The notes beneath the pieces are model-generated. The model made no database searches. It saw only the letters and a list, made by a program, of their open reading frames with translations, and was not told the origin of the DNA. 64,000 nt of DNA from Squalus acanthias (taxonomy: Eukaryota): contig JASTWF010000336.1 in NCBI GenBank assembly GCA_030390025.1, forward strand, positions 372,001 to 436,000, written 5' to 3'. The position numbers were made by a program, and so were the translations under genes. Below are positions 37,884-49,857 of this stretch, in pieces (position 1 is the first letter of the stretch; every line of letters starts with the position of its first letter).

Positions 37884-40041
37884 CTAACGGAGGGGAGGGA
37901 GCGCGGTCACTGACGACCGCCACTCCCTCAGCAGCCCAGTGTGGAAACTCTTGAGCCGACGCAGCTCGAGCCGGCCAACGTCCTTGTCCGCGCCCATGAT
38001 TTTAACGGCGGCGCGGACGGACACGACGAGCAGCGCCAGCTCCGACCACTTGTCGAGGGCCAGCCGGATCTTCTTGTGACGACCCTGGCTCATGGCCATA
38101 AAATCCCAGAGTTCCCCTACGGGGATGAGGGGAGAGTCGGTGAAGGGCACAAGGGCGTCCATCACCTCGCTGCCGATGGACTCCAAATCGTCCTCGATGC
38201 CCACCACCGAGTCCCCGTCCTCCTCCGGGAGGTCGTCACCGGCGGCCGACCCGTCCGTCGCACGGGGTGCAGCGAAAGGCTCGGCCGCACCGGCCGGCCC
38301 CGCCTCCGTCACGATCCCACCCCCAGGATCGGCGGCAGAGGAGTCCACCCTGGGCTCCTTCAGGGGCGCCGGGCCGGGAGGCGGCGGCGGTTCGGGCCCC
38401 CCCCCCGCCTCAGGCGCCGGAGCGACCGGAGAAACCGGGGAGAAAATAATCTCAAATTCCTCCAGTACGTCCGGCGCCAACATCAGAGACGGAGTCAGGG
38501 GGCTTTCTGTCTCCCCGCCACCAACCTCCGACCCAGCGGACTGGGGATTGTTATACTCCTCCACCAGGTCGAGCAGTCCCTGGGAGATATCTGGATTGTA
38601 AAAGGCGGGCTCGGCTTCAGCCTCTTTGGCCTCGCCCGCCCCAGTCCCCAGGACGCCCGACCCGGCGAGGAGCAACGGTTCCGGAACTACATTTCCCTCC
38701 GCGGGTTGTTCCGCGCCCCCCCCCCCCCATGGGCAGGGTCTCTTCCCCATCCCCGGGAGGCACAGGTCGGACAGACTCGGCTGTCTCACCCTCCCGAGGG
38801 ACAGGCGACCCCCGCCGCTCGCGCGCGACGATGACGGTGGTGGGGTGGGGCGCAGCACCCGCGGCGGGCGACGACTCCCCTTCCGCGGAGGGACCTTCCT
38901 CCTCGCAGTCCTCCTCCTGGGGGTCGAGCTTCCTTTTTAACATATTGGGGCCCGGAGAGGGGGAGGCCTCCATGTCTGCTGGGGCCTCCCTCTCTGCCCC
39001 CTTCCGATGACTGGGTTTCTTGGGCCCCTCGGGCCCGAGCCCGGCCGCAGGTCTTGATTCAGCTGCCTCAGCAGTTGCGGTCACGGTCACGGGCCCGGGC
39101 ACGAGGACCCCCCCAGTCTCATGCGTCCCGACCAACTCCGCGATGTACTCGGGCGTGAGTTCGGTCAACTCGGATGTTTCCTCCGCGAGGGGATCCGCCC
39201 TTAGGTGTTTATTTTTCCTACGCGCCTTCCTTCCCCCCGGACGCTCTCCCTCCTCCCCGCCGGAGGCCGTGGTGGTGTTGGCCTCCGATTTCGACCGCGC
39301 ATCCGTCGCCGTCGACGCGCGGACAGTATCAGGGGGAGGGGGGGCGGCAGCGCCAACCCTGGCCGCGCCAGGTGTCGTGGCGGCCTTGGAGGCGGGGCAG
39401 TTTTTGCGGACGTGCCCCACCTCCTTACAGGCGTAGCACCGCACGCTGTCCGAGGTCCAGAAGACGCGGTGGGCGGTCCCCCCGTGGAGCACCGTGAACG
39501 CGCCATCCGCGTCCTCCTCCCGCGCCAGCCGGACGAAAAGCTGGCGCCGGAAGGAGAAGACGTGCCGAAGGCTGGCTTCCCGGAAGCCGAGCGGGATGGG
39601 TGTGATCCCCGACCTCACCTCCCCCAGTTGACGTAGGTGGGGGAGGAGGAGCTCACCCGGAACAAAGGGCGGGACGTTGGAAACCACAATCCTTTGCGCG
39701 GTGGCCTCAAGGGGGTCCACCGGCAGGAAGGTCCCGCCCACGGTGAGCCCCTTCTCGATGACCAGGGACACCGCCCGCTCCGTCCCCAGGAAGAACACAG
39801 CCTTGCCGTACATTTTAGAGGCGGCGACGATGGCTGAAGGGCCGACAACCCCAGCCATGGCTTTTACGCACGCCTCTATTGTCATATTGGGGTGAGTGCA
39901 GCTCTTGACCCCATTCTTCCTCGTAAGGAGGGTAAAAGGTGACGGGGTAACAGGAGGACTCGTGGCTGAGGCCGTGGCCGCGGCTGCCACGCTTGCGTAT
40001 GTCCTCGCTGCCCCCGCCACCGGCGAAGATGTAGTCGCCAT
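37884..40041 (-). CDS. Tx1 ORF1 (zinc knuckle), frameshifted in a C13 run at 38716-38728
   Basis: ORFs 38617-40071 and 37884-38858 join to match the intact ORF1 at 57507-59654; CYACKEVGHVRKNC. Confidence 0.9.
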
Positions 40042-41034
40042 GATGGGTTGGTCCTTAAGGGCTACACTCACCCCAAGTCACAGGCCTGAAGGTGTTAATG
40101 GCCTCTGGTTTTTTGTTTTTGTTTTCCCCTGAGCAGAGGGAGCTCTTAAATTGAAGGCACACCTCTCCCTTTGTATGAATTAATTAGGAGAGGGGCCTTC
40201 TCCCCTCTGCTCAATAGGTACTTAATTAAAAGATAATGAGGTGCCTCTTAGAGAGAGAGGCAGAGAGAGACAAGAGACAAAGAGAGAGAGAGAGGGGGTG
40301 GGAAGGAGGGAAGCCGCAAGGGCAGGGTCGCCACTCAGGATGGTGGGTGGGTGGGTGTTGGCAGGGGGGTGCACTCTCCGATGTAATAAAAGTCTTTGGT
40401 GGTGGTCTTCTGGTGGGGGGAGAAGATGTCTTCACCTGGGATAGCTGGAGATGCCCAGGCTCAGTCCTGCACCAGGTCTTAACGATGCCCAATAAGATTA
40501 AATTAATTGGGGACTTCACCTAGGCAGCTCCAGATGTCCCAGGCCAGGCAATGGGAAAGGGGTGTTTAATATGGTGTGTGCGGCCTAGCTTTTACAGAAG
40601 CCACACACACACACACACACACACACCCCTTGGATGTTCCGGCCCTCTTCTTTTTCTTCTTTCCTCCCCCCACCTACAAAACAAAGTCTCTGGGAGAGTG
40701 CACCAGAATCACACCCACCTGTAGATGATGTTCTTTCCTTCCTCCCTCCTTCCAAACAGTTGATGTTTGTTGTTGGTATGTTTTCTCCCCTCTCTCCCTC
40801 TCCTAAAATGGAGGCCAATTGAGGAGGCAGTGTGGAAAGACCTCTCCTCTGATGTTTGATGGCCTTGGCCTTCTTTTCTTTTCTTTCCTCTCTCCTCTCC
40901 TGTCCTCTCTCTCCAGGCACCTCAGTTGTGGATGTGTTGGTTGTTGGTGGTGGCCTGCTGTCTGGTCTCCTTCTCCTTCTCCTCTTCCTGCTCACAGAGA
41001 CCACTCTGCTGCTGCTGCTGCTCCTCCGTCAGCA

Positions 41035-41137
41035 GCTCCGAAAGCTTGTAAAATTAAATAAATCTGTTGGACTATAACCTGGTGTTGTGCGACTTCTCAT
41101 TTTTGTCCACCCCAGTCCAACACCGGCATCTCCACAT
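41035..41137 (+). mobile_element. 3' half of hammerhead repeat plus its tail (Penelope/retrozyme-like), Tx1-A target
   Basis: GCTCC-GAAA-GCTT-GTAA...TTGGACTATAACCTGGTGTTGTGCGACTTCTCA; same family as 48888-49009 and 63649-63722. Confidence 0.8.
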
Positions 41138-41189
41138 CATAAATAAAGCTGTAAGGCGAGAGATTCTCATTTAGCGACGATTTGAGTGA

Positions 41190-41510
<321 letters not shown>

Positions 41511-41544
41511 ACAACTCGACTCTTCCTACCAAACACAACACAAA

Positions 41545-41560
41545 GGCTCTTTTAAGAGCC
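41545..41560 (+). terminator. Histone 3' stem-loop of H4
   Basis: GGCTCT-TTTA-AGAGCC-ACCCA. Confidence 0.95.
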
Positions 41561-41964
41561 ACCCACCGCCTCACAGAGAGAGCAGTCACCTGGGAACGAG
41601 GACAGACAGTTGATTTACATTGTATTCGATGTAAATCTATATTTTACTCCCAAGATTTATATCTTAGTGTGGAAGTGTTTTAAATCACCATAGGTACGAT
41701 GGGCTGAATGGCCTTTATTCATAGACTCGTAGTCATTTACTGCACAGAAAGAGGCCATTCGGCCAATCGTGTCTGCCGGCCGCAGTTTTCTCCACCTGTC
41801 AGTTTCTGGTCTGGGATTAATGTGGGTGTTGATTTTACTCAATCTGTCATTTTCTGGGTTGTGACTGACAGTTACTGTGTATCTCTTAGGCTCCAGTATG
41901 TGAGTGTGGGTTTTACACTGTAGCTGTCTGACTGGGTTTTTTAGGATTATAGAAATTTACGGCG

Positions 41965-42745
41965 CAGAATATAGCGTGGAGAAATGTGAAGTTATCCACT
42001 TTGGTACGAAAAATAGAAAATCATAGTATTTTTAAAATGGTGAGAGATTGGGAAATGTTGGTGTTCAGAGGGACCTGGGTGTCCTTGCACATGCAAGTAC
42101 AGCTAGCAAGTAGGAAAGCAAATGGGATGTTGGCCTTTATTAGTACAACAGTAAAGACGTCTTACTGCAATTATATAGGGCCTTGGTGAGACAGAAACTG
42201 GAGTATTGTTTACAGTTTTGGTCTCCTTACCTAAGGAAGGATATACTTGCCATAGATGGAGTGCAACGAAGGTTCACCAGACTGGTTCCTGGGATTGGGA
42301 GACAGATTTAGTAGACGAGGCCTACATTCTCAAGTTTAGAAGAATGAGAGGTGATCTCATTGAAACATACAAAATTCTGACAGGCCTTGACAGGGTAGAT
42401 GCAGGGAGGATGTTTCCCCTGGCTGGGGAGTCTAGAACTATGGGTCACAGTCTCAGAATAAGGGGTCGGCCATTTAGGATTGAGATGAGAAGAAATTTCT
42501 TCACTCAGAGGGTGGTGAATCTTTGGAATTCTCTACCCAAGAGGGCTGTGGAGGCTCTGTCATTGAGTATATTGAAGACATAGATCGATAGATGTTTGAA
42601 TATTAAGGGAATCAAGGGATATGGGGATAGTTCAGGAAAGTGGAGATGAGGTAGAAGATCAGCCATGATCTTATTGAATGACGGAGCAGGCTCGATGGGC
42701 CAAATGGCCGACTCCTGCTCCTATTTCTTATATTCTTATGTTCTA
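41965..42745 (+). mobile_element. Degenerate CR1 3' fragment
   Basis: RGDLIETYKI and FFTQRVVNLWNSLP motifs; 3' tail. Confidence 0.9.
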
Positions 42746-43048
42746 AATGCCATTTCTCTAAAATTTACAAAACATAATCATCATCCATTTGCTCATCCCA
42801 TGAACCTGATTTTCAACTATTTTTTGTGTATAACTGTTTTTAAACTATAAAGGGCTTTAAAATATTAAATGGGGTGACGGTTCAGTCGAAGCAAGTTAAC
42901 TATTCACAGTGGCCATTTTTAATTGGAGGGAAGGTGCATCAGTATCGTGCTTACGTACTGATTAAAATGATTGCTGAGTATCTTATTTGTCCCGCTTAAG
43001 ATCCGAAACAAGTAGTTAGTCTGTAAATATAAAAACATTAACATCTGA

Positions 43049-43120
43049 GCGATGGTGGTATAGTGGTGAGCATAGCTGCCTTCCAAGCAGTTGACCCGGG
43101 TTCGATTCCCGGCCATCGCA
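43049..43120 (+). tRNA. tRNA-Gly-TCC: tRNA-Gly (anticodon TCC)
   Basis: 72 nt GCGATGG...CCATCGC-A acceptor stem, anticodon arm GCTGC-CTTCCAA-GCAGT, T arm GGTTCGATTCC; TTTT at 43131-43134. Confidence 0.97.
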
Positions 43121-43164
43121 ACCACGATACTTTTATATACCCCTCACTGGTCAGAACTGATTTA

Positions 43165-43595
43165 TGGTGCCTGTGTCGGCTGTGGCTCACTCGCCTCTGA
43201 GTCAGAAAGTTGTGGGTTCAAGTCCCACTCCAGGGACCGTAACACAAAGCTAGGCTGACACTCCAGAGCTGTGCTGAGGGAGTGCTGCACTGTCGGAGGT
43301 GCTGTCTTTCGGACCGAGGCCCCGTCTGCTCTCTCAGGTGGACGTAAAAGATCCCATGGCACTATTCCGAAGAAGAGCAGGGGAGTTATCCCCGGTGTCC
43401 TGGCCAATATTTCTCCATCAAACAATCGAACAAAAACAGATGATCTGGTCATTCTCACATTGCTGTTTGTGGGAGCTTGCTGTGCGCAAATTGGCTGCCG
43501 CATCTCCCACATTACAACAGTAAATCCACACAAAAAAATAATACTTAATTGGCTGTAAAGCGCTTTGAGATGTCCGGCAGCAGGATTGTATAACA
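43165..43595 (+). mobile_element. Deu-domain SINE (SacSINE1/AmnSINE-like)
   Basis: tRNA-like head (GGTTCAAGTCCC) and recalled Deu-like core GAAGAGCAGGGGAGTTATCCCCGGTGTCCTGGCCAATATTT...TGTGCGCAAATTGGCTGCC. Confidence 0.75.
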
Positions 43596-44140
43596 AAATA
43601 ATTGCCTCTGCCATTTCTAAATTACAATTGACAAAAAACTTTCATCATCTCCCATAGAATGAAAAAGGACTTTAAACTATTAAATCTGTTCTCAGTCAGA
43701 AACAGTAGTAAAAATGGTAGTTAGATACACAAAAAAGGGAGAAGAGCAGAGTTCAGGTCACAAACAGTGCTGTGGATACTCCAGGGGAAGGTAATACTAA
43801 AATAATTACTGTATTTAAAGCAGCAGTTACAAATAAGAAACGTGTTAAATCAGACGGTCTGATAAAGGCAGCAGGACAGGTGAGGGTCTCTTTTGTTATT
43901 GGTCGTTCTCCTGCATTGTAACTACCCAGAATGGGATTTCTTACAGAGACCAGAACCGGGACAGTTTGAACACTCTGTCCCTCTTCTCTTTTCACACAGA
44001 AGGACTCCCAGTTCTGGCTTCACTCCCACAGCAGCGCCTGTGCAAAGGATCAATCGATAATCTGTGAAACCTCACTTTTACAAAGATTGAGCTGGAATGT
44101 GTCCCGTTACAGAATCAATGGGGATCGATTACCGCCTGTT

Positions 44141-46960
44141 ACATAGAAACATAGAAAAATAGGAGCAGGAGTAGGCCATTCGGCCCTTTGAGCCTGCTCC
44201 GTCATTCAATATGATCATGGCTGATCCTCTATCTCAATAACATATTTCCACTCTCTCCCCATACCCCTTGATGCCTTTTGTGTTTTGAAATCTATCTATC
44301 TCCTTCTTAAATATATTCAGTGACTTGGCCTCCACAGCCTTCTGTGGTAGAGAATTCCACAGGTTCACCACACTCTGAGTGAAGAAATTTCTCCTCATCT
44401 CAGTCCTAAATGTCCTATCCCATATCCTGAGACTGTGACCCATCGTACTAGGCCCCCCAGCCAGGGGAAACATCCTCCCTGCATCCAGTCTGTCTAACCC
44501 TGTCAAACTTTTATACGTTTCAATGAGATCCCCTCTCATTCTTCTAAACTCCAGTGAATACAGGCCTAGTCGACCCAATTTCTCCTCATACGACAGTCCT
44601 GCCATCCCAGGAATCAGTCTGGTGAACCTTCGCTGCACTCCCTCTACGGCAAGTATATCCTTTCTTAGGTAAGGAGACCAAAACTGCACACAGTACTCCA
44701 GGTGTGGTCTCACCAAGGCCCTGTACAACTATAGTAAGACATCCTTGCTCCTGTACTCAAATCCTCTTTCAATGAAGGCCAACATACCATTTGCCTTCCT
44801 AACTGCTTCCTGCACCTGCATGTTTGCTTTCAGTGACTGTTGTACAGGACACCCAGATACCTCTGCACATCAGCTTTTCCCAATCTATCACCATTTAAGT
44901 AATACTCTACCTTTCTGTTTTTCCGACCAAAGTGGATAACTTCACATTCATCCACGTTATACTGCATCTGCCATGTATTTGCCCACTCACTCAACTTGTC
45001 TAAATCGCCTTGAAGCCTCTTTGCATCCTCCTCACAACTCACAATCCCACCTAGTTGCGTGTCGTCAGCAAACTTGGAAATATTACATTTGGTTCCCTCA
45101 TCCAAATCATTGATATATATGGTGAATAGCTGGGACCCAAACACTGATCCCTGCGGTACCCCACTAGTCAACACCTGACAACCCAAAAAAGAGCCATTTA
45201 TTCCTACTCTCTGTTTCCTGTCTGTTAACCAATTTCCCATTCAATCCCCCAATCCCATATGCTTTAATTTTGCACACTAACATCTTATGTGGAACTTTAT
45301 CAAAGGCCTTCTGAAAATCCAAATACACAGCATCCACTGGTTCTCCCTTATCTATTCTAGCAGTTACATCCTCAAAAAACTCCAGTAGGTTTGTCAAACA
45401 CGATTTCCCTTTCATAAATCCATGTTGACTTTGTCTAATCCCGTTGATATTTTCTAAGTGTCCTGTTATCACATCCTTTATAATAGACTCCAGCATATAC
45501 CCTGCTGCTGATGTTAGGCAAACCGATCTGTAGTTCCCTGTTTTCTCTCTCCCTCCTTTTTTAAATAGTGGGGTTACAGTTGCCACCCTCCAATCTGCAG
45601 GAACTGTTCAATAATCTATAGAATTTTCTACATGACAACCAATGCATCCACTATTTCCATGGCTAGCTCTTTTAGTACTCTGGGATGCAGATTATCAGTC
45701 CCTGGGGATTTATCAGCTTTCAGTCCCATTAATTTCTCCAGCACTGTTTTTTTACTAATACTAATTTCCTTTAATTCCTCCTTCTCACTAGACCCTTTGT
45801 TCCCTAGCATTTCTGGGAAGTTATTTGTGTCCTCTTCTGTGAAGACAGAACCAACGTATTTGTTTAATTGCTCAGCCATTACCTTGTTCCCCATTAAAAA
45901 AAATCTCGTTTCTGACTGTAAGGGACCTACATTTGTCTTCACTAATCATTTCCTTTTACATACTTGTAGAAGCTTTTACAATCCGCTTTTATGTTGCTTG
46001 TAAGTTTACTCTCATATTCTATTTTTCCCCACTTAATCAATCTATTGGTCCTTTTTAGCTGAACTCTAAACAGCTCCCACTCCTCAGACTTGCTACTTTT
46101 TATGGCAACTTTAAATGACTCCTCTTTGGATCGAATACTATCCTTAATTTATTTTGCTGGCCATGGTTGGGCCGCTTTTACTTTTGTGTTTTTGCGCCAG
46201 AAAGGAATGTATAACTGTTGCAATTCGTGCATTCGTTCCTTAAATGTTAGCCATTGCCTATCCATGTCTTTTAATGAAGCTCCCCAATCTATCATAGCCA
46301 ACTCACTCCTCATACCATCGTAGTTTCCTTTGTTTAGATTTAGGACCCTAGTTTCAGATTAGACTTCTTCACTTTCCATTTTAATGAAGAATTCTATCAT
46401 GTTATTGTCACTCTTCCCTATAGGATCCCGCAGAACAAGATTATGAATTAACACCTTCTCATTGCACAATACCCAATCTAGGATAACCTGTTCCCTAGTT
46501 GGCTCCTCAGCGTACTGGTCTAAAAAAAATCTCGTACACACTCCACAGTATTATTGCTAATTTGGTTTGACCAGTCTATATGTAAATTAAAGTCACCCAT
46601 GATTACTGTAGTACCCTTGTCACATGCATCTCTAATTTCCTGTTTGATGCCATCATCTACATTACCACTACTGTTTGGAGGCCTATAGACAACTCCCACC
46701 AATGCTTTCTGCCCCTTGGTGCTTCTTAGCCCCACCCAGACTGATTCTACATCTTGATTTTCTGATCCAATATCCTTTCTCACTATTGCTCTGATTTCAT
46801 CCTTTACTAACAAGGCCACCCGACCTCCTTTTCCTTTTCGCCTGTCCTTCCTAAATATCGAATATCCTTGGATATTCAGCTCCCAGCCTTGGTCACCCTG
46901 CAACCATGTCTCCGTAATTGTAATTATATTGTATCCGTTTACATCTATTTGTGCTGTTAA
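44141..46960 (-). mobile_element. CR1 LINE, 5'-truncated, frameshifted
   Basis: ORFs 44234-44728, 44830-45240, 45164-45586, 46520-46975; tail at 44141-44156. Confidence 0.95.
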
Positions 46961-47247
46961 AATGGAATAAGGCAAAAGGAATTTTTAAAAGTTCGGAAAT
47001 ACTTGGCTAATGGTGAATTTATTAAATTAATTCTCTAGTTTAGGAAAATATTGGCGGGCTTTGTAAATTTAGAAATCGTTGGCGGTCTGACTGTTGACAG
47101 TTATTTCCGCCCTCTTTTCATTGGCGGGAGAAACAGGCTGTGATTGGCCACCGGAAATGACCAATGAAATTCAGCACAGAGCGACCAATCACAAGCTCAG
47201 TACCTGAATTCCTCAGGAAGGTATAAGAAGGGCAGATGTGAGCGTAG

Positions 47248-47673
<426 letters not shown>

Positions 47674-47703
47674 AGCCGACAAGATTCAATCTAATAACCC
47701 AAA

Positions 47704-47719
47704 GGCTCTTTTCAGAGCC
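47704..47719 (+). terminator. Histone 3' stem-loop of H2A
   Basis: GGCTCT-TTTC-AGAGCC-ACCCA. Confidence 0.95.
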
Positions 47720-48441
47720 ACCCACTGTATCTGAGAAAGGGCTGCTCCTTGTTCTGTTATATGAATCACACTTATCCCGGATTTAATTAAACATTGAATT
47801 TCTGCAATTAAGCTGGGAGTTTCTTGATCACAAATGAATGGCATTCTCGGTTATAAAAAGGACACTGTCGGATTTGTTGAAATCTAGATCCACACACACT
47901 GCCGCAGGTTTGCTGTTACCGGCTATTCAGATCAGTGATTTAATATAGAGGGGGACCGGCTTCAGAGAAAAACAACCAACGGAAATTTGAGCGCGGCCGG
48001 CATTGAACACCCTGTCGGAGAACCGAGTATAAAGGAGTTGTTGATGGGCGGTTAGGGGGCAATAATGCCATGGGGAGAAGTATATACATCCTGAATACAA
48101 TTATTTTCCCTTTTAATTTAGACAGGATGGAGCCAGCATTACAGCTCCGGTTAATTTAAAATATTCCAAATATTAACTGAGGTTCCTACCTGTCCCCGCA
48201 ACAAGAGCTGATTTATAGTTGAGATTCAGACCTCCGCCACCTCATTCTCTGTCACGGTATGTGGAGTGGGGGCAATTAACTACCACAGCTCCTACTTCTA
48301 GTTTCCCACCCCCATTATTCAGGTGTGTGCTCAGCCCACGTTATAAATGCCCAGTTCCAGTACCATTACAAGACCGGCACGGTCTGTGTACACATCAGTT
48401 TGCCTTGCGCCGATCAGAGCTATTTCCTGTGCTGATTTGGT

Positions 48442-48457
48442 GGCTCTTAAAAGAGCC
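48442..48457 (-). terminator. Histone 3' stem-loop of H3 pseudogene
   Basis: Minus strand GGCTCT-TTTA-AGAGCC-ACCA. Confidence 0.92.
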
Positions 48458-48501
48458 GTTGTTGTATTTGATGCTAAAGTCTGGAGCCGGGCAGGGTGAG
48501 T

Positions 48502-48887
<386 letters not shown>

Positions 48888-48896
48888 TATTTGAAA

Positions 48897-48938
48897 TCAC
48901 AAGCTTTCGGAGCTATCGATCGCCCCTTCCTCAGGTGA
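48897..48938 (-). ncRNA. Minimal type I hammerhead motif in a 96-bp tandem unit
   Basis: Minus strand TCAC-CTGAGGA-A-GGGGC-GATCGATA-GCTCC-GAAA-GCTT-GTGA. Confidence 0.8.
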
Positions 48939-49857
48939 AGTGAATGAGAAGTCGCACAACACCAGGTTATAGTCCAACAGTTTTATTTGAAATCACAAGC
49001 TTTCGGAGCTGCTGACGAAGGAGCAGCAGCAGCAGAGTGGTGGTCTCTGTGACCAGGAAGAGGAGAAGGAGAAGGAGACCAGACAGCAGACCACCACCAA
49101 CAACCACTACTGAGGTGCCTGGAGAGAGAGGACAGGAGAGGAGAGAGAAAAGAAGGGAAGGCCAAGGCCATTAACAACAGAGGGGAGGCCTTTCCATCAC
49201 TGCCTCCTCAATTGGCCTCCATTTTAGGAGAGGGAGAGAGGGGAGAAAACATCACAACATCCATCATCTGTTTGGAAGGAGGAAGGAAGGAAAGAACAGC
49301 TACAGGTGAATCTTTTATTCAAACCAATAATACAAATTACATAGTAAAACCATTACATTCATCCATCAAAATACAGTACAAATACCCCCAAACAATACCA
49401 CACTTTTTTTTTTATATTAAAATAATACATCTCACTTAACTCCACATAAAACAACCCATTTCAACACCACAGTGTACAAACACATAGCACCATCACAATC
49501 CAACTAAATGCCACATATAACATCCACTCCAATAACCCAAGAAACCTGTTCCGCGCCAGTCCCACTGGCACCGCCCACCCGACCATCCACTCAATTGTTC
49601 TCCGTGCTGGGCCTCCCGCCCAGGCCACTCTCCTCCGGGTCTTCCACCTTGGGCCTTCTGCACCGGACCCTCCGCACCGGCATTCCCCGCGAGCAGCCGG
49701 GGTGAATCAACTGCATCTCCCGACTCCACCTCTGCCGACCAGCCGCCCCGCCCTGGGCCCCCCGCCTGGGGTTCTCCGTGCTGGGCCTCCCGCCCAGGCC
49801 ACTCTCCTCCGGGTCTTCCACCTTGGGCCTTCTGCGAAGCGGACAACTTGGAGTGCA

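Larger units (their letters stand above)
33890..41034 (-). mobile_element. Full-length Tx1-clade non-LTR retrotransposon, family A copy 1
   Basis: ~1 kb 5' UTR, ORF1, ORF2, ~70-bp 3' UTR ending AAAAAGAGG; flanked by 52-bp repeats 33838-33889 and 41035-41086. Confidence 0.95.

Noticed and set aside
48897..49009. Hammerhead acting in cis to process the Tx1 mRNA 5' end (as HDV-like ribozymes do for R2)
   Set aside because: The complete hammerhead lies on the strand opposite to Tx1-A at both loci, and no GAAA half follows the sense-strand core
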